Numbered from the stretch's first letter, positions 38,236 through 49,576 are shown. The stretch: DNA of 64,000 nt from Macrostomum lignano (GCA_002269645.1 NIVC01001023.1:310001-374000), one strand, 5' to 3'. Notes: generated by a model from the letters alone, not told the origin. A program made the numbers and translations.

Positions 38236-41200
38236 ATGAAAACCAGAAGCAGCAATAGCAAGTCCCGCAAGAAACAAAATAGCAAACGCGCTGGCAACAC
38301 CAGCAGTTCTTGTGGCGCCAAAAATGCAAAACCAGCTAAAAAATCTCGACAATGTAGAGCCAGCCGTTTACGCCTCAGTGAGTTAAACTTGGCACCAGAG
38401 ACCACTCTTTCGCTGAGCAGCAACAGTGGGCTGGGTGGCATCTGTACTAGGCGGAGCTCCCGATCTCAAACTCGCCTGCAGCAGCTCCAACAGTCTGCAG
38501 ACAGCACACTGATCATTGGTGAACCAGAGCACCGTCCAGGGCCTCAGTTAAAACGCGGCGTGACCAGTCAGGTCAGGACTGAAGCCAACGACACCATGCT
38601 GAACTTGCCTGCCCCGGCTGTGAGTTTGAGTCGCTCAATATCTGCTCCAGTTTGCGGCAGAGCAGCCAGACAGCATCTAGTAGTTGCCAAGCGTCAGAAA
38701 GCGGCTGCAACAACGATGGAAAGTCGATTTGCAGACGAAAGTAAAGCATCGCAGAAGGAGAACCAAGAGAAAGTTGAGGTTGAACAGCCAACTGCAAGTT
38801 GTTGTAATAGGTCAGTTAGTGACACTCAAGAGCAGGAACATCCTAGTGCAGCAGAAGTTGAGCATGAGCATTCAAGAATCGCAGCCTTACAATCTGGCTC
38901 ATTCTCTCGTGCATCCATGTCAACTGGCGTAAGCAACTATGAAAATCAGTCAAATAGCTCTGTAATGGCCAGTACAAAGCTGTCAGACTTGGAAGGCAAT
39001 GTGGTTCAACCGGAAGTGACTCAAGAGTCTAAAGCCGATACTTCTGCAGTCAAGTCAAGAGCAGCTGAAGTCGCTCCTTCTCGATTGGCTGATAACGAAG
39101 AGAGACGCAAATCTTGTGAACGTTTGAGCGTGACACAGTCCGCAGAAGCAACACCCGCAACTGCAGCATTGAGCAACAGGAGTGTCTCCGTGTCAGTTCA
39201 CCCCAGCAACAGTCGAAATCAGTTAGATGGCTTTGTAGCGATTAACACAAAGACTTCGGATGCAACAAAGATAGGCATTGAAGACAATGTGGTTCAATTA
39301 GAAGTTACTCAAGAGCCTATTGCTGGTGCTGCATATCAGTCTTTGTGCTTTTCTGCAGACGAGTCGAGCGCAGCTCAAGCTGATTGCAATGAAGCGAAGT
39401 GCAAGTCTAACGGTGAATGTTTAAGCGCGACGCAAGCTGCAGAAGCAACACCTTCACCTGCTATATTGAGTTTCAGTCAGAGCTTAATGAAGTTTGCTTC
39501 CACTGCCGCTTCCTCACAGCCTGACTCATTCCCTGGTGTCTCCATGTCGGCTCGAGCGAGTAACATTCAAAATCAGTCGGGTCGCTCTGTAATGACCAAC
39601 AAATGCAATCGAACTTCGAGTTTAATAAAAACAGATATTGAAGACAGTGTAGTTCGATCGGAAGCTTCTCGAGAGCCGAATACTACCACTTATCAGTCTA
39701 TGTGCCCATCTTCTAACCAATCAAACAGAGATCAGGTCTCACCTTCTCGATTGGCTGATTACAGCAAAGTAAGCTGCACGCCTAGCGAGCATGTTTACAT
39801 GTCAAAATCTGCAGAAGCAACATCATCCAAAACAATAAAAAACCAGGAGAGCTTCAGAAGACCTGTTTCCGTTGCCGCTTCCGGGTCTAGCCCAGTCTCT
39901 GGTGTCTTTTCATCGGCTCACGTTAGTAACATTCGAAATTCCCTTGATAGCTCTGTAGTTGCGAGCACAAAGACTTCGAATGCATTGAAGAAGACAGAGC
40001 CAAATGCTGTCACTTGTCAGTCTTTGTGCTTCTCTGCAGACGACTCAAGCGCAGCTCAGGCCTCATCATCTCGATTATCTGATTACAGCCGAGTAAATTG
40101 CAAGTCGAGCTGTGGACGTTTAAGCGTGTCGCAAGCTGCAAAAGGATCAGCTTCATCTGCTATATTTGACGGCAGTAAGAGCTCGATAAAGCCTCTTTCC
40201 ATTGTCGCTTGCGATCCTGACGCAGTCCCTGGTGTCTTCGTACCGGCTCCTATTAGCAACAGTAATAAATTGTTTCAAGCTCAGTCAGATCAATCAGAGG
40301 CCACTAAAAAGCCAAACGCTACTGCATATCAATCTTTGTGCTTCTCTGCAGACGACTCAAGCGCAGCTCAGGCCTCATCATCTCGATTATCTGATTACAG
40401 CCGAGTAAATTGCAAGTCGAGCTGTGGACGTTTAAGCGTGTCGCAAGCTGCAAAAGGATCAGCTTCATCTGCTATATTTGACGGCAGTAAGAGCTCGATA
40501 AAGCCTCTTTCCATTGTCGCTTGCGATCCTGACGCAGTCCCTGGTGTCTTCGTACCGGCTCCTATTAGCAACAGTAATAAATTGTTTCAAGCTCAGTCAG
40601 ATCAATCAGAGGCCACTAAAAAGCCAAACGCTACTGCATATCAATCTTTGTGCTTTTCTGCAGACGACTCGAGTGCAGCTCAAGCCTCATTTTCTCGATT
40701 GGCTGATTGCAGTGAAGCGAAATGCAAGTCTACTGGTAAATGTTTAAGCGTGCCCAAATCTGTAAAAGCAATATTGAAAAGCAGAGAGAGCTTGATAAAG
40801 CCTGCTTCCATTGTTGCTTCCGAGCCTGTCTCATTCTCTGGTGTCTTTGTTTCGGCTGACGTTGCGACTTATCGAAATCAGTCTAATAACTCTACAGTAG
40901 CCAGCACAGAGCCAATAGACTCTCCAGGCAAAGTTGTTCAGTCAGATGCGACTCAACAGTCAAACGCTCGCACTTATCCGTCTTTGTACTTTTCTGCAGA
41001 CTGCTCAAATTCAGCTCAAGCTTCATCTGCTCAAGTGGCTAATTACAACGAGCTGAGACGGGAATCAAGCGGTGAACTTTTAAGCGTGTCAGAGTCTGCA
41101 AGAGGAACATCCGCATCTGCTATGTTGAATAGTAAGAGCTTGGTAAAACCAGTTTTCTTTGTCGCTGCTTCCCAGTCCTCTGCTGTCTTCGCATCGGCTC

Positions 41201-42963
41201 ATGCAAGCAGCGGTCAAAATCAGTCAGATTGCTCCGCAGCGGCTGGCACAAAGCTGACAAACTCAGACAGCAATAAGGATCAATCAGAAGCGATTCAGGA
41301 TCCAAATGCTGGCACATATCACTCTCTGAGTGCATCTGCAGACTCATCTCAATTGGCTGAAGACAGCGAACTGAGTTGCCAGTCCAGTAAAGCTTTAAGC
41401 GTGTCGCAAGCTGCAGCAGCAACTCCCGCATCCGCAGTGCTAAAAATCAAGCCTAGCGCTTCAGCCAGAAGCTGGTTCGATGGTCCCGGCTTCACCGAGT
41501 TCAGTCAGTCATCCAGAATGTACACCACTGTCGATGCTGCCACCGTGAACGACTCGACCATTCGCCGGCAGTACCTCGAGTCGCTGCACGCGTCCGGCAT
41601 GTACCGAACGATTGCGCAGGCGACACTCAGCGATAGCGAGATCCGACGCCAGCTGCTGCCATCCGTTCGACGCAAATCGCTGAAGCGATCAGCAAGTTCA
41701 GCCGGACTGGAGTCATTTGTCACCGAGATGGAGTTCACTGACAACAACGATGAGACTCGAGCTCGCTGTCTGCCGTCAGTTCTGCGCAGTAGCGCTTGCT
41801 CCGACACGAACGATGCGTACGAGACGATTTCTGAGACTACCGTGAGCGATGATGAAGTCCGACGAAGATTAGTGGAGTCTGTACATCCGCTTGTGGCAGA
41901 GCGGTTTAGAGAAGCAGCTGATGCACCGACATTCGTCACCGAGGCTGAGTACACAGAGACCGACAGTGAGATCAGGCAGCAGCTTGTGCATTCGCTGCGA
42001 GCATCTCGATTGTACACCACAGTGGAATCAGAGAAGACCGTGGATGATTCCTCAGTGAGGCGGTGGAATATTGCATCAGTTAGGCCTGAGCGGTCCCTGC
42101 CAGGTGCCAGCAGATCAGGTAGCCAAGAGCTTGAAGGCACCTACACTACAGAATGCGAGTTTACAGATGACGGCACAGCTACAAGAGCCAGGTGCTTGCC
42201 TTCTGTCCGAGCTGCTGGCTTTGATAGCAACGAATACGAGACAGTTTCTGAGGCTACTGTGGCTGAAGATGAGGCCAGGCGGCAGCTGGTTGCATCGGTC
42301 CGTCCGCGGGCTTCTGTGGCTGAAGATGAGGCCAGGCAGCTCATCAGCGGAGCGTCAGCATCCCGAATATCAAGGACTCAAACCAGGGACGTACCATCCG
42401 TCTCTCCCAATGAGCCGAGCGTCGCCGTCTTCGAGACGGTGTCGGAGACAACGCTGAGCGACGACGAAGTCAGACGGCAGTTCATCGGAGGCGAAGCGGC
42501 GGCGGTCGAGCGGACTGCCGAGGCGGCGCCACCGTCGAATCGTCGCCGGCATCGCCGAGCTTCCGCGGACTCGAGCTACTTCTACGACCCGCACGGCTGC
42601 CTGAGCCGGGAGGCCAAGTCCCGCCGGGTCAGCCTGGCGCCGCACCTGCTGCCGCTGGCCAGCTTCAGCTTCTTCTGCGACGAGCGCGGCCGCGAGTTCG
42701 ACCTGTCGGCGCTCCGCCAGGTGAGCCTGCAGACCAGAGACGTTGACGAGCAGCGGCTGGCCACCGAGGCCGCCGTGGCGAAGGCATCGCGGTGGAGCCG
42801 GCGGATCCGCAACAACCCGCCGGTGCGGCTGCGGCCCCCCGGCAGCGTGCGGGTGTTCGGCTTCCTGCGGCACCCGGTGCGCATCATGGACCGCGTGCTC
42901 ATCGGCTTCCTGGAGCCGGCGGAGCACCAAAGACTCAAGCGGCTGCTCGATGACCGTGGATGA
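38236..42963 (+). CDS. 1575-aa uncharacterised Ser/Ala-rich protein with two internal repeat families
   Basis: 4.7-kb stop-free frame; frame-preserving 312-bp duplication; repeats conserved at protein level; GC-rich C-terminal region. The true start and any splicing are uncertain. Confidence 0.75.
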   Translation: MKTRSSNSKSRKKQNSKRAGNTSSSCGAKNAKPAKKSRQCRASRLRLSELNLAPETTLSLSSNSGLGGICTRRSSRSQTRLQQLQQSADSTLIIGEPEHRPGPQLKRGVTSQVRTEANDTMLNLPAPAVSLSRSISAPVCGRAARQHLVVAKRQKAAATTMESRFADESKASQKENQEKVEVEQPTASCCNRSVSDTQEQEHPSAAEVEHEHSRIAALQSGSFSRASMSTGVSNYENQSNSSVMASTKLSDLEGNVVQPEVTQESKADTSAVKSRAAEVAPSRLADNEERRKSCERLSVTQSAEATPATAALSNRSVSVSVHPSNSRNQLDGFVAINTKTSDATKIGIEDNVVQLEVTQEPIAGAAYQSLCFSADESSAAQADCNEAKCKSNGECLSATQAAEATPSPAILSFSQSLMKFASTAASSQPDSFPGVSMSARASNIQNQSGRSVMTNKCNRTSSLIKTDIEDSVVRSEASREPNTTTYQSMCPSSNQSNRDQVSPSRLADYSKVSCTPSEHVYMSKSAEATSSKTIKNQESFRRPVSVAASGSSPVSGVFSSAHVSNIRNSLDSSVVASTKTSNALKKTEPNAVTCQSLCFSADDSSAAQASSSRLSDYSRVNCKSSCGRLSVSQAAKGSASSAIFDGSKSSIKPLSIVACDPDAVPGVFVPAPISNSNKLFQAQSDQSEATKKPNATAYQSLCFSADDSSAAQASSSRLSDYSRVNCKSSCGRLSVSQAAKGSASSAIFDGSKSSIKPLSIVACDPDAVPGVFVPAPISNSNKLFQAQSDQSEATKKPNATAYQSLCFSADDSSAAQASFSRLADCSEAKCKSTGKCLSVPKSVKAILKSRESLIKPASIVASEPVSFSGVFVSADVATYRNQSNNSTVASTEPIDSPGKVVQSDATQQSNARTYPSLYFSADCSNSAQASSAQVANYNELRRESSGELLSVSESARGTSASAMLNSKSLVKPVFFVAASQSSAVFASAHASSGQNQSDCSAAAGTKLTNSDSNKDQSEAIQDPNAGTYHSLSASADSSQLAEDSELSCQSSKALSVSQAAAATPASAVLKIKPSASARSWFDGPGFTEFSQSSRMYTTVDAATVNDSTIRRQYLESLHASGMYRTIAQATLSDSEIRRQLLPSVRRKSLKRSASSAGLESFVTEMEFTDNNDETRARCLPSVLRSSACSDTNDAYETISETTVSDDEVRRRLVESVHPLVAERFREAADAPTFVTEAEYTETDSEIRQQLVHSLRASRLYTTVESEKTVDDSSVRRWNIASVRPERSLPGASRSGSQELEGTYTTECEFTDDGTATRARCLPSVRAAGFDSNEYETVSEATVAEDEARRQLVASVRPRASVAEDEARQLISGASASRISRTQTRDVPSVSPNEPSVAVFETVSETTLSDDEVRRQFIGGEAAAVERTAEAAPPSNRRRHRRASADSSYFYDPHGCLSREAKSRRVSLAPHLLPLASFSFFCDERGREFDLSALRQVSLQTRDVDEQRLATEAAVAKASRWSRRIRNNPPVRLRPPGSVRVFGFLRHPVRIMDRVLIGFLEPAEHQRLKRLLDDRG

Positions 42964-43021
42964 CCACTGGATGGCAGGAACTCCTGTTGAAGGGTCGCAA
43001 CGCTTTTCGGGTTGTTGGGTA

Positions 43022-43175
43022 GCCAGCCTCCCAGATCCTCAGTTGCTGGGCCAGCCTCCCAGTTGCTGGGCCAGCCTCCCAGATCCTTAGTTACTGGGCC
43101 AGCAGCCTTCCAGATCCTCAGTTACTGGGCCACCAGCCTTCCAGATCCTCAGTTACTGGGCCACCAGCCTCCCAG
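43022..43175. repeat. About 5 units of the same 28-bp minisatellite as TBC intron 1
   Basis: agatcctcagttgctgggccagcctccc (43033-43060) is the exact reverse complement of the 15490-16200 unit. Confidence 0.92.
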
Positions 43176-43959
43176 GTACCCAGTTGCAATTTCAATAATT
43201 TGTGCCCAATCAGCCACTACAGACTCGCCCACATGAACTGCATCGGCATGTCCTGAAGGTGCACTGCATCATTGTTACTCATGTTTTTAGCAATTCCATT
43301 TTCTTACACAGCTTTTTAATCTGAAATTTGCTCTGCTGGGCTGTCTGCCACTCTGTTAAATCGCGCAAATTAATTTTAAACTTTTATTGCAGAATATTTT
43401 ATAACTTTTACATACTTTTACAATAAATTGACGTGCAGCAGGGTCATTGGGTCATGTTTATATTGTGAAAGCATTTGTTAACTAAAAATTCTGGATATTT
43501 GTGCTGCTTTAAAATCAACCCAGTTTCATCCTCTACATTTTTTGTAGAAACAAGTTTTCCGTTTATACTACTGCCAACATTTTTAGTAGTAGTATATATA
43601 GCATTAGTTTAAATTTGAATCATATTAATCTAATAATATTGCACATATTCGCGTCATAAAGTACCTTGTTATCGGCCTGTTGTCATATTGTTACCTGCAT
43701 TGTTTTTAGATGCATTTTTAATGTATAATAAATCATTGCTATTTGTTTATATTGTCGCTAGTTAAATATTTATTAGTGTGTCTCACAGCAGCTCAATGTT
43801 CAACTACAGCTGCTGCACATGTACATTTCCATTTGTATAAATATCTGATATGAACATCCATTGTGTTTATTAGTGCTCACTTATTTATTCATAATCCTGA
43901 GCTGTCCCGTGTCGTAACGTGGATTTTCTCGTGTCTTCTCAGTTCTCAGCCCTCTCACA

Positions 43960-45300
43960 CATCTCCTTCTAACCATCTCCCTCTCACCCATCTCCTTCTA
44001 ACCATCTCCCACTCACCCATCTCCTTCTAACCATCTCCCACTCACCCATCTCCTTCTAACCATCTCCTTCTAACCATCTCCTTCTAACCATCTCCCACTC
44101 ACCCATCTCCTTCTAACTTTCTCCTTCTAACCATCTCCCACTCACCCATCTCCTTCTAACCATCTCCCACTCACCCATCTCCTTCTAACCATCTCCTTCT
44201 AACTATCTCCCACTCACCCATCTCCTTCTAACTTTCTCCTTCTAACCATCTCCCACTCACCCATCTCCTTCTAACCATCTCCCACTCACCCATCTCCTTC
44301 TAACCATCTCCCACTCACCCATCTCCTTCTAACCATCTCCCACTCACCCATCTCCTTCTAACCATCTCCCACTCACCCATCTCCTTCTAACCATCTCCTT
44401 CTAACCATCTCCTTCTAACCATCTCCCACTCACCCATCTCCTTCTAACTTTCTCCTTCTAACCATCTCCCACTCACCCATCTCCTTCTAACCATCTCCCA
44501 CTCACCCATCTCCTTCTAACCATCTCCTTCTAACTATCTCCCACTCACCCATCTCCTTCTAACTTTCTCCTTCTAACCATCTCCCACTCACCCATCTCCT
44601 TCTAACCATCTCCCACTCACCCATCTCCTTCTAACCATCTCCCACTCACCCATCTCCTTCTAACCATCTCCCACTCACCCATCTCCTTCTAACCATCTCC
44701 CTCTCACCCATCTCCTTCTAACCATCTCCCACTCACCCATCTCCTTCTAACCATCTCCCACTCACCCATCTCCTTCTAACCATCTCCCACTCACCCATCT
44801 CCTTCTAACCATCTCCCACTCACCCATCTCCTTCTAACCATCTCCCACTCACCCATCTCCTTCTAACCATCTCCCACTCACCCATCTCCTTCTAACCATC
44901 TCCCACTCACCCATCTCCTTCTAACCATCTCCCACTCACCCATCTCCTTCTAACCATCTCCCACTCACCCATCTCCTTCTAACCATCTCCCTCTCACCCA
45001 TCTCCTTCTAACCATCTCCCACTCACCCATCTCCTTCTAACCATCTCCCACTCACCCATCTCCTTCTAACCATCTCCCACTCACCCATCTCCTTCTAACC
45101 ATCTCCCACTCACCCATCTCCTTCTAACCATCTCCCTCCCACCCATCTCCTTCTAACCATCTCCCTCTCACCCATCTCCTAACCATCTCCCTCCCACCCG
45201 TCCCCCTCTCACCCATCTCCCTCTCACCCGTCCCCCTCTCACCCATCTCCCTCTCACCCGTCCCCCTCTCACCCATCTCCCTCTCACCCATCCCCCTCTC
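43960..45300. repeat. 29-bp minisatellite (ccatctcccactcacccatctccttctaa)
   Basis: About 1.3 kb with 14/15-bp sub-units. Confidence 0.95.
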
Positions 45301-45610
45301 CATCTCCTTCCCCTGCAGCAGGCTGGCAGCCGCAAGTCTCTGAGAATTTCTCACTCAGCTCAGTTGGTTCATATCCCACTCATTTCTTTCTTACTTTTTG
45401 TTCGTGAATGTACTCTCGTTCTCTCTGTGCTCCTCTTATACGAGTGTATAGGGACGGTAGAAAATGATAGGAATATATCACAGACAAGGAAGTAGCAGAC
45501 AGACTTGGTCTGTGGAATATATACATGTATGTATACTCTCGTAGTTTTCCTGAAATCCTGTAATCTCAATCTATTTTACTTAATTTTTTTTACTTCACCA
45601 GTCAAAGAGC

Positions 45611-46660
45611 ATGTGTTACAAGTGTTGTGCATTTGGCTGCACAAGTGGCTACAAAAATCATCCGCAACAAACCGAGACAAAGGTGTCATTTCATTATTTT
45701 CCGAAAGACGAAGCTCTTAATTAAGCTTTGTGGATGCAAGCCAAACCAAGAAGACTGTTCCTTTCAAGACCCGAGAATGTTCTCCCTGCACTTTGTGCCA
45801 GTGACTTCATTGAGGAACATTCCGACTGACGAAAAGGTACTTGAGTGAAGGACGCAGTGCCGCTGTTCGACACTCTGTTTCCACTGCCACTGCCTCCGGT
45901 CGCCGAGAAGGAAATTCAACGCTTGGAAGCCTTGGGAGAGGCGTTTGAAGATGAAGTTAATATATCAGGTCAGGTCCCTGAGCCTGGAGGAAGTGAAAGG
46001 CCGAATGGCTGAGGAGAGCACAAAGCCTGAAGGATTTGGGGCCGTCAACATGAACGGGATTTTAGTGGTCTATTTCTTTTGGCTCTTTTGGCGCCGCAGA
46101 CACTAGTCGATGAGATAGATGAAGGAGAGAAGGGAGAAGAGAGGTAGGAGAAAGGAGAGGCAAGTGGATAAAAGAAAAGAGAGGAAACGAGAGGACAGGA
46201 GAAGAGGAGAGACGAGAGAGAGAGAGGACGAGAAAGGCGAGAGGGGATTACAGAGAAGAGAGCTGAGAAGAAACACAAACCGGATTGCTTTTGTGAAGTT
46301 TCAAATGACCCGAGGGCCTCATAGAGAGGCTTCACAGGCCGGAGTTTTCCGACCCCTGCTTTACCATATTACATCTTGCCAGATAGACTAAATACTTTGT
46401 CTCAATTATTGAATAACTTGGCTCCTTAAAAGCATGGTCTAGTGATGAAAAGTCTGCGAGAGACCGAAAGTTGGACTCTGCTGTCTCAAACTTAAAAAGA
46501 TAAATATAAACTCTAGTGGATGGGTGTGTGACAAACATCGAAAGCTTAGCTTCATTCTTAAGCAAATCGAGCTGGCTTCTTTAGCAAAGTACCATCGGAA
46601 TTACTCGCCCGAGCCATCAGTTTCGCCCATCTTGTCCAGGCATCGAGTTCAGCAGCCTAC
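45611..46660 (+). pseudogene. THAP-domain P-element-like transposase relic
   Basis: MCYKCCAFGC...FHYFPKDE...W...SLHF...KDAVPLF (THAP, 45611-45870, with stops and frameshifts). Later KLSFILKQIEL...RNYSPE + FAHLVQASSSAAY resembles the YS...A..L...S..AY region of P-type transposases. Confidence 0.7.
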
Positions 46661-46904
46661 TAAATACGACTAGCTAATTTATTTAGCTATAGGAAATATA
46701 TTTAAACACTATCATTTTAAACATTTTATAGACATATTTGATTGTCTGCTCTTCAGAAGAAACCTCTCATCTCTGGCAATTATGTCAATTTTCCAGAAGG
46801 CACTGTGGGGTTTTTTTTAAGCTTGGAAAGAAAATCTTGGGCCACATCTCGTACACCCCCAATTTGTTTCGTTTCCAGACCTACTATTCAGGGGTCCGTG
46901 GCTG

Positions 46905-47405
46905 AGCTCATTCGGCAAGGAGAGGCAGGTGCACAGCTGGTGAGATTTGTGCAGGGGTTTTCGGACAATGGGGCAGAGCTGATGAGGCTCTTCCTCTGTG
47001 CTTCGCCCAGCCATGAGTTGAGGGCTGGGGTTGGGGCTGTGCGCTGTACTTGCGCTCACATCGAAGCAGAGAAAAACAGCGGCCTCTACTCGCCCAGACC
47101 CAGCTGTCCAAGCAGCTCCAGACCAGCCGAGCTCAATGCCCAGAGGACAAAGGCGAAGCTGAGGTTTGAGGGCCGAGCCAGCAGCCTGCGAACGCGTGAC
47201 AAAAGAAGACTCGCAGCAAATGCTTGGGGGGGGGGGGTTGATGGCTGCCTATCAGCGGCACAGACAAACTGCTTGAGCGCCAACCCTGCCCCGCTCACAC
47301 CATTCACTGCTTTGCATTGCGCCTGTGCGTCTCGTTGACTGTAAAATGTACTGCCTTTGATATTCGGCACTGCGGGTTTTCAGATGCGATCCTCGCACTT
47401 ATAAT
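46905..47405. repeat. Dispersed repeat A (paralogous to 52630-53160)
   Basis: Long shared stretches, e.g. gcctgcgaacgcgtgacaaaagaagactcgcagcaaatg and cactgctttgcattgcgcctgtgcgtctcgttgactgtaaaat. Confidence 0.9.
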
Positions 47406-47436
47406 TGGGCGTTTAGAGGTAGGTTGATGGGGATCA

Positions 47437-47972
47437 GGGAGAGAGACAGGCTGGGATGTAGGGTGAGGGGCAGGGAGAGAGACAGGCTGGGATGCAGGGT
47501 GAGGGGCAGGGAGAGAGACAGGCTGGGATGCAGGGTAAGGAGCAGGGAGAGAGACAGGCTGGGATGCAGGGTAAGGAGCAGGGAGAGAGACAGACTGGGA
47601 TGCAGGGTGAGGGGCAGGGAGAGAGACAGGCTGGGATGTAGGGTGAGGGGCAGGGAGAGAGACAGGCTGGGATGCAGGGTGAGGGGCAGGGAGAGAGACA
47701 GGCTGGGATGTAGGGTGAGGGGCAGGGAGAGAGACAGGCTGGGATGCAGGGTGAGGGACAGGGAGAGAGACAGGCTGGGATGCAGGGTGAGGGGCAGGGA
47801 GAGAGACAGGCTGGGATGTAGGGTGAGGGGCAGGGAGAGAGACAGGCTGGGATGCAGGGTGAGGGGCAGGGAGAGAGACAGGCTGGGATGTAGGGTGAGG
47901 GGCAGGGAGAGAGACAGGCTGGGATGCAGGGTGAGGGGCAGGGAGAGAGACAGGCTGGGATGCAGGGTGAGT
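47437..47972. repeat. 36-bp G-rich minisatellite (gggagagagacaggctgggatgcagggtgaggggca)
   Basis: About 15 units. Confidence 0.95.
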
Positions 47973-48004
47973 GCAGGGTTATAGCCGCCGGCCAATGGAG
48001 GGGC

Positions 48005-48458
48005 CAATATCGATACAAAGACCTATAGAAGTTACCGTTGTAACCTTGTAGCCTTTGCAGCCTGCTCAACTCTGTACAGATTATCTGCTTTATAAAGCCT
48101 CCAAACTGCAGAATATGTTGTATGGTCTGCTACTCTATCGAGACTAGGAGGCAATGGTTGAAATAACTGAAACTTGATTCATTTTGACTGCAATGAAATA
48201 TTGCGTATTGCCGTTACTTTACTGTACGCCCGCCGCTCCTACATGTAGATATAGCGACAAACTTTGCACCATGTTAAAGAGAACAAAATTTTGAGCAATC
48301 TGGGGAAAATTATCTTTTAAGTGCCGCCAGTCCGGAGTTATGAGCATTTAAAGTTCAGCTGCAGTGCAAATAGGCGGGCCTTCAAATAATTTTGCAATAT
48401 TTACGAGTGTTGCGTCCTGATACAACGGTAACTTCTAGTAGTCCTTGCATCGATACTG
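48005..48458. mobile_element. Small element bounded by about 38-bp imperfect inverted repeats
   Basis: caatatcgatacaaagacctatagaagttaccgttgta vs the reverse complement of tacaacggtaacttctagtagtccttgcatcgatactg. No TSD resolved. Confidence 0.5.
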
Positions 48459-48771
48459 ATCGGACAACCACAACACAACATAATATGTATGCATGAATAT
48501 ATAGATATATTAGTCTACCAGTCTAAAAATACTTTCAAATCTCAGCAAAATATCGCTTACAGTAAGCTACTCATAGTACTCATAAAAATATATTTGCCTT
48601 AAAAGCAGAGCTGTATGGAATTTATCCGAAAATTTGTCTGCACCTGAAGATTCGCTATGCCAGATTATTTAATTACTCAAAAGCACTGCCTTGAGTCGTG
48701 CCTCGGGCTCTCGGGGGTGGGCGCTCAGTTCTGGAATTTTCCAGCGTCTCTTCGATGCATTTCAGTCTGCA

Positions 48772-48788
48772 TCTCTCTCTCTCTCTCC

Positions 48789-48820
<32 letters not shown>

Positions 48821-48821
48821 C

Positions 48822-48870
<49 letters not shown>
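48772..48870. repeat. (CT)n microsatellite
   Basis: Direct inspection. Confidence 0.95.
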
Positions 48871-48874
<4 letters not shown>

Positions 48875-49284
48875 GTCTTATTGTCCTGCCTTTGGCTTAT
48901 TTAAAAACTGGCTTGTCAAGCATTTGTTGCATTTTGTAGCAAATGCTCGCTCAGCTCGGGTTTTGTTTAGCTGCGAGCTTGAGCAGTCCTGCTCACAGCA
49001 TGCATCAACCAACTGCAATCAGATTTTGTGTGCGATGCGAAGCTTTTTTGAGGCGATAAAACTGAAAATTAAATTATGATTTATTATTCTAAAAAACTTT
49101 GAATTACCCTTTGAAAATTAGAAACAGCTCATCACAGGACACGTGTGGTTGGTCCTGACTCACACAGTCATCTTTCAGGGAGCTGTACTCATGTGCTCAA
49201 TAGAGACCCATACTCGTATCTCATGCACACAGCCATTGCTCATGTTCCATAACCATTTTACTGTCTCTATTGTGTTTGCCTCAC

Positions 49285-49480
49285 AATCTCCCTCTCACCG
49301 ATCTCCCTCTCATCCATCCCCCTCTCACCAATCCCCCGCTCACAAATACCCCTCTCACAAATACCCCTCTCACACATCCCCCCTCACAAATACCCCTCTC
49401 ACAAATACCCCTCTCACAAATACCCCTCTCACCCATCCCCCTCTCACAAATCCTCCCCTCACAAATACCCCCCTCACAAA
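49285..49480. repeat. 15-bp C-rich repeat (cacaaatacccctct)
   Basis: About 12 degenerate units. Confidence 0.85.
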
Positions 49481-49576
49481 TATCTGTGCACTGCGGCTGC
49501 CTGCCTTTTTATTTCATTTTGCATTCGGTGACCGGCACTGCAGCATTTCACTGCTGAGATTTGTCAACTCGACAGC

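Noticed and set aside
38236-42963. Identification as KNL1 or CENP-C (RRVSL, MEFT, RWSRRIR motifs)
   Set aside because: Motif order is wrong for KNL1 (RVSF should be N-terminal), there is no RWD or cupin domain, and the CENP-C aromatic pair is absent.
46975-47030. Hammerhead ribozyme core (ctgatgag), also at 19352 and 16635
   Set aside because: No stem II followed by GAAA could be built by eye; a covariance-model search would be needed.
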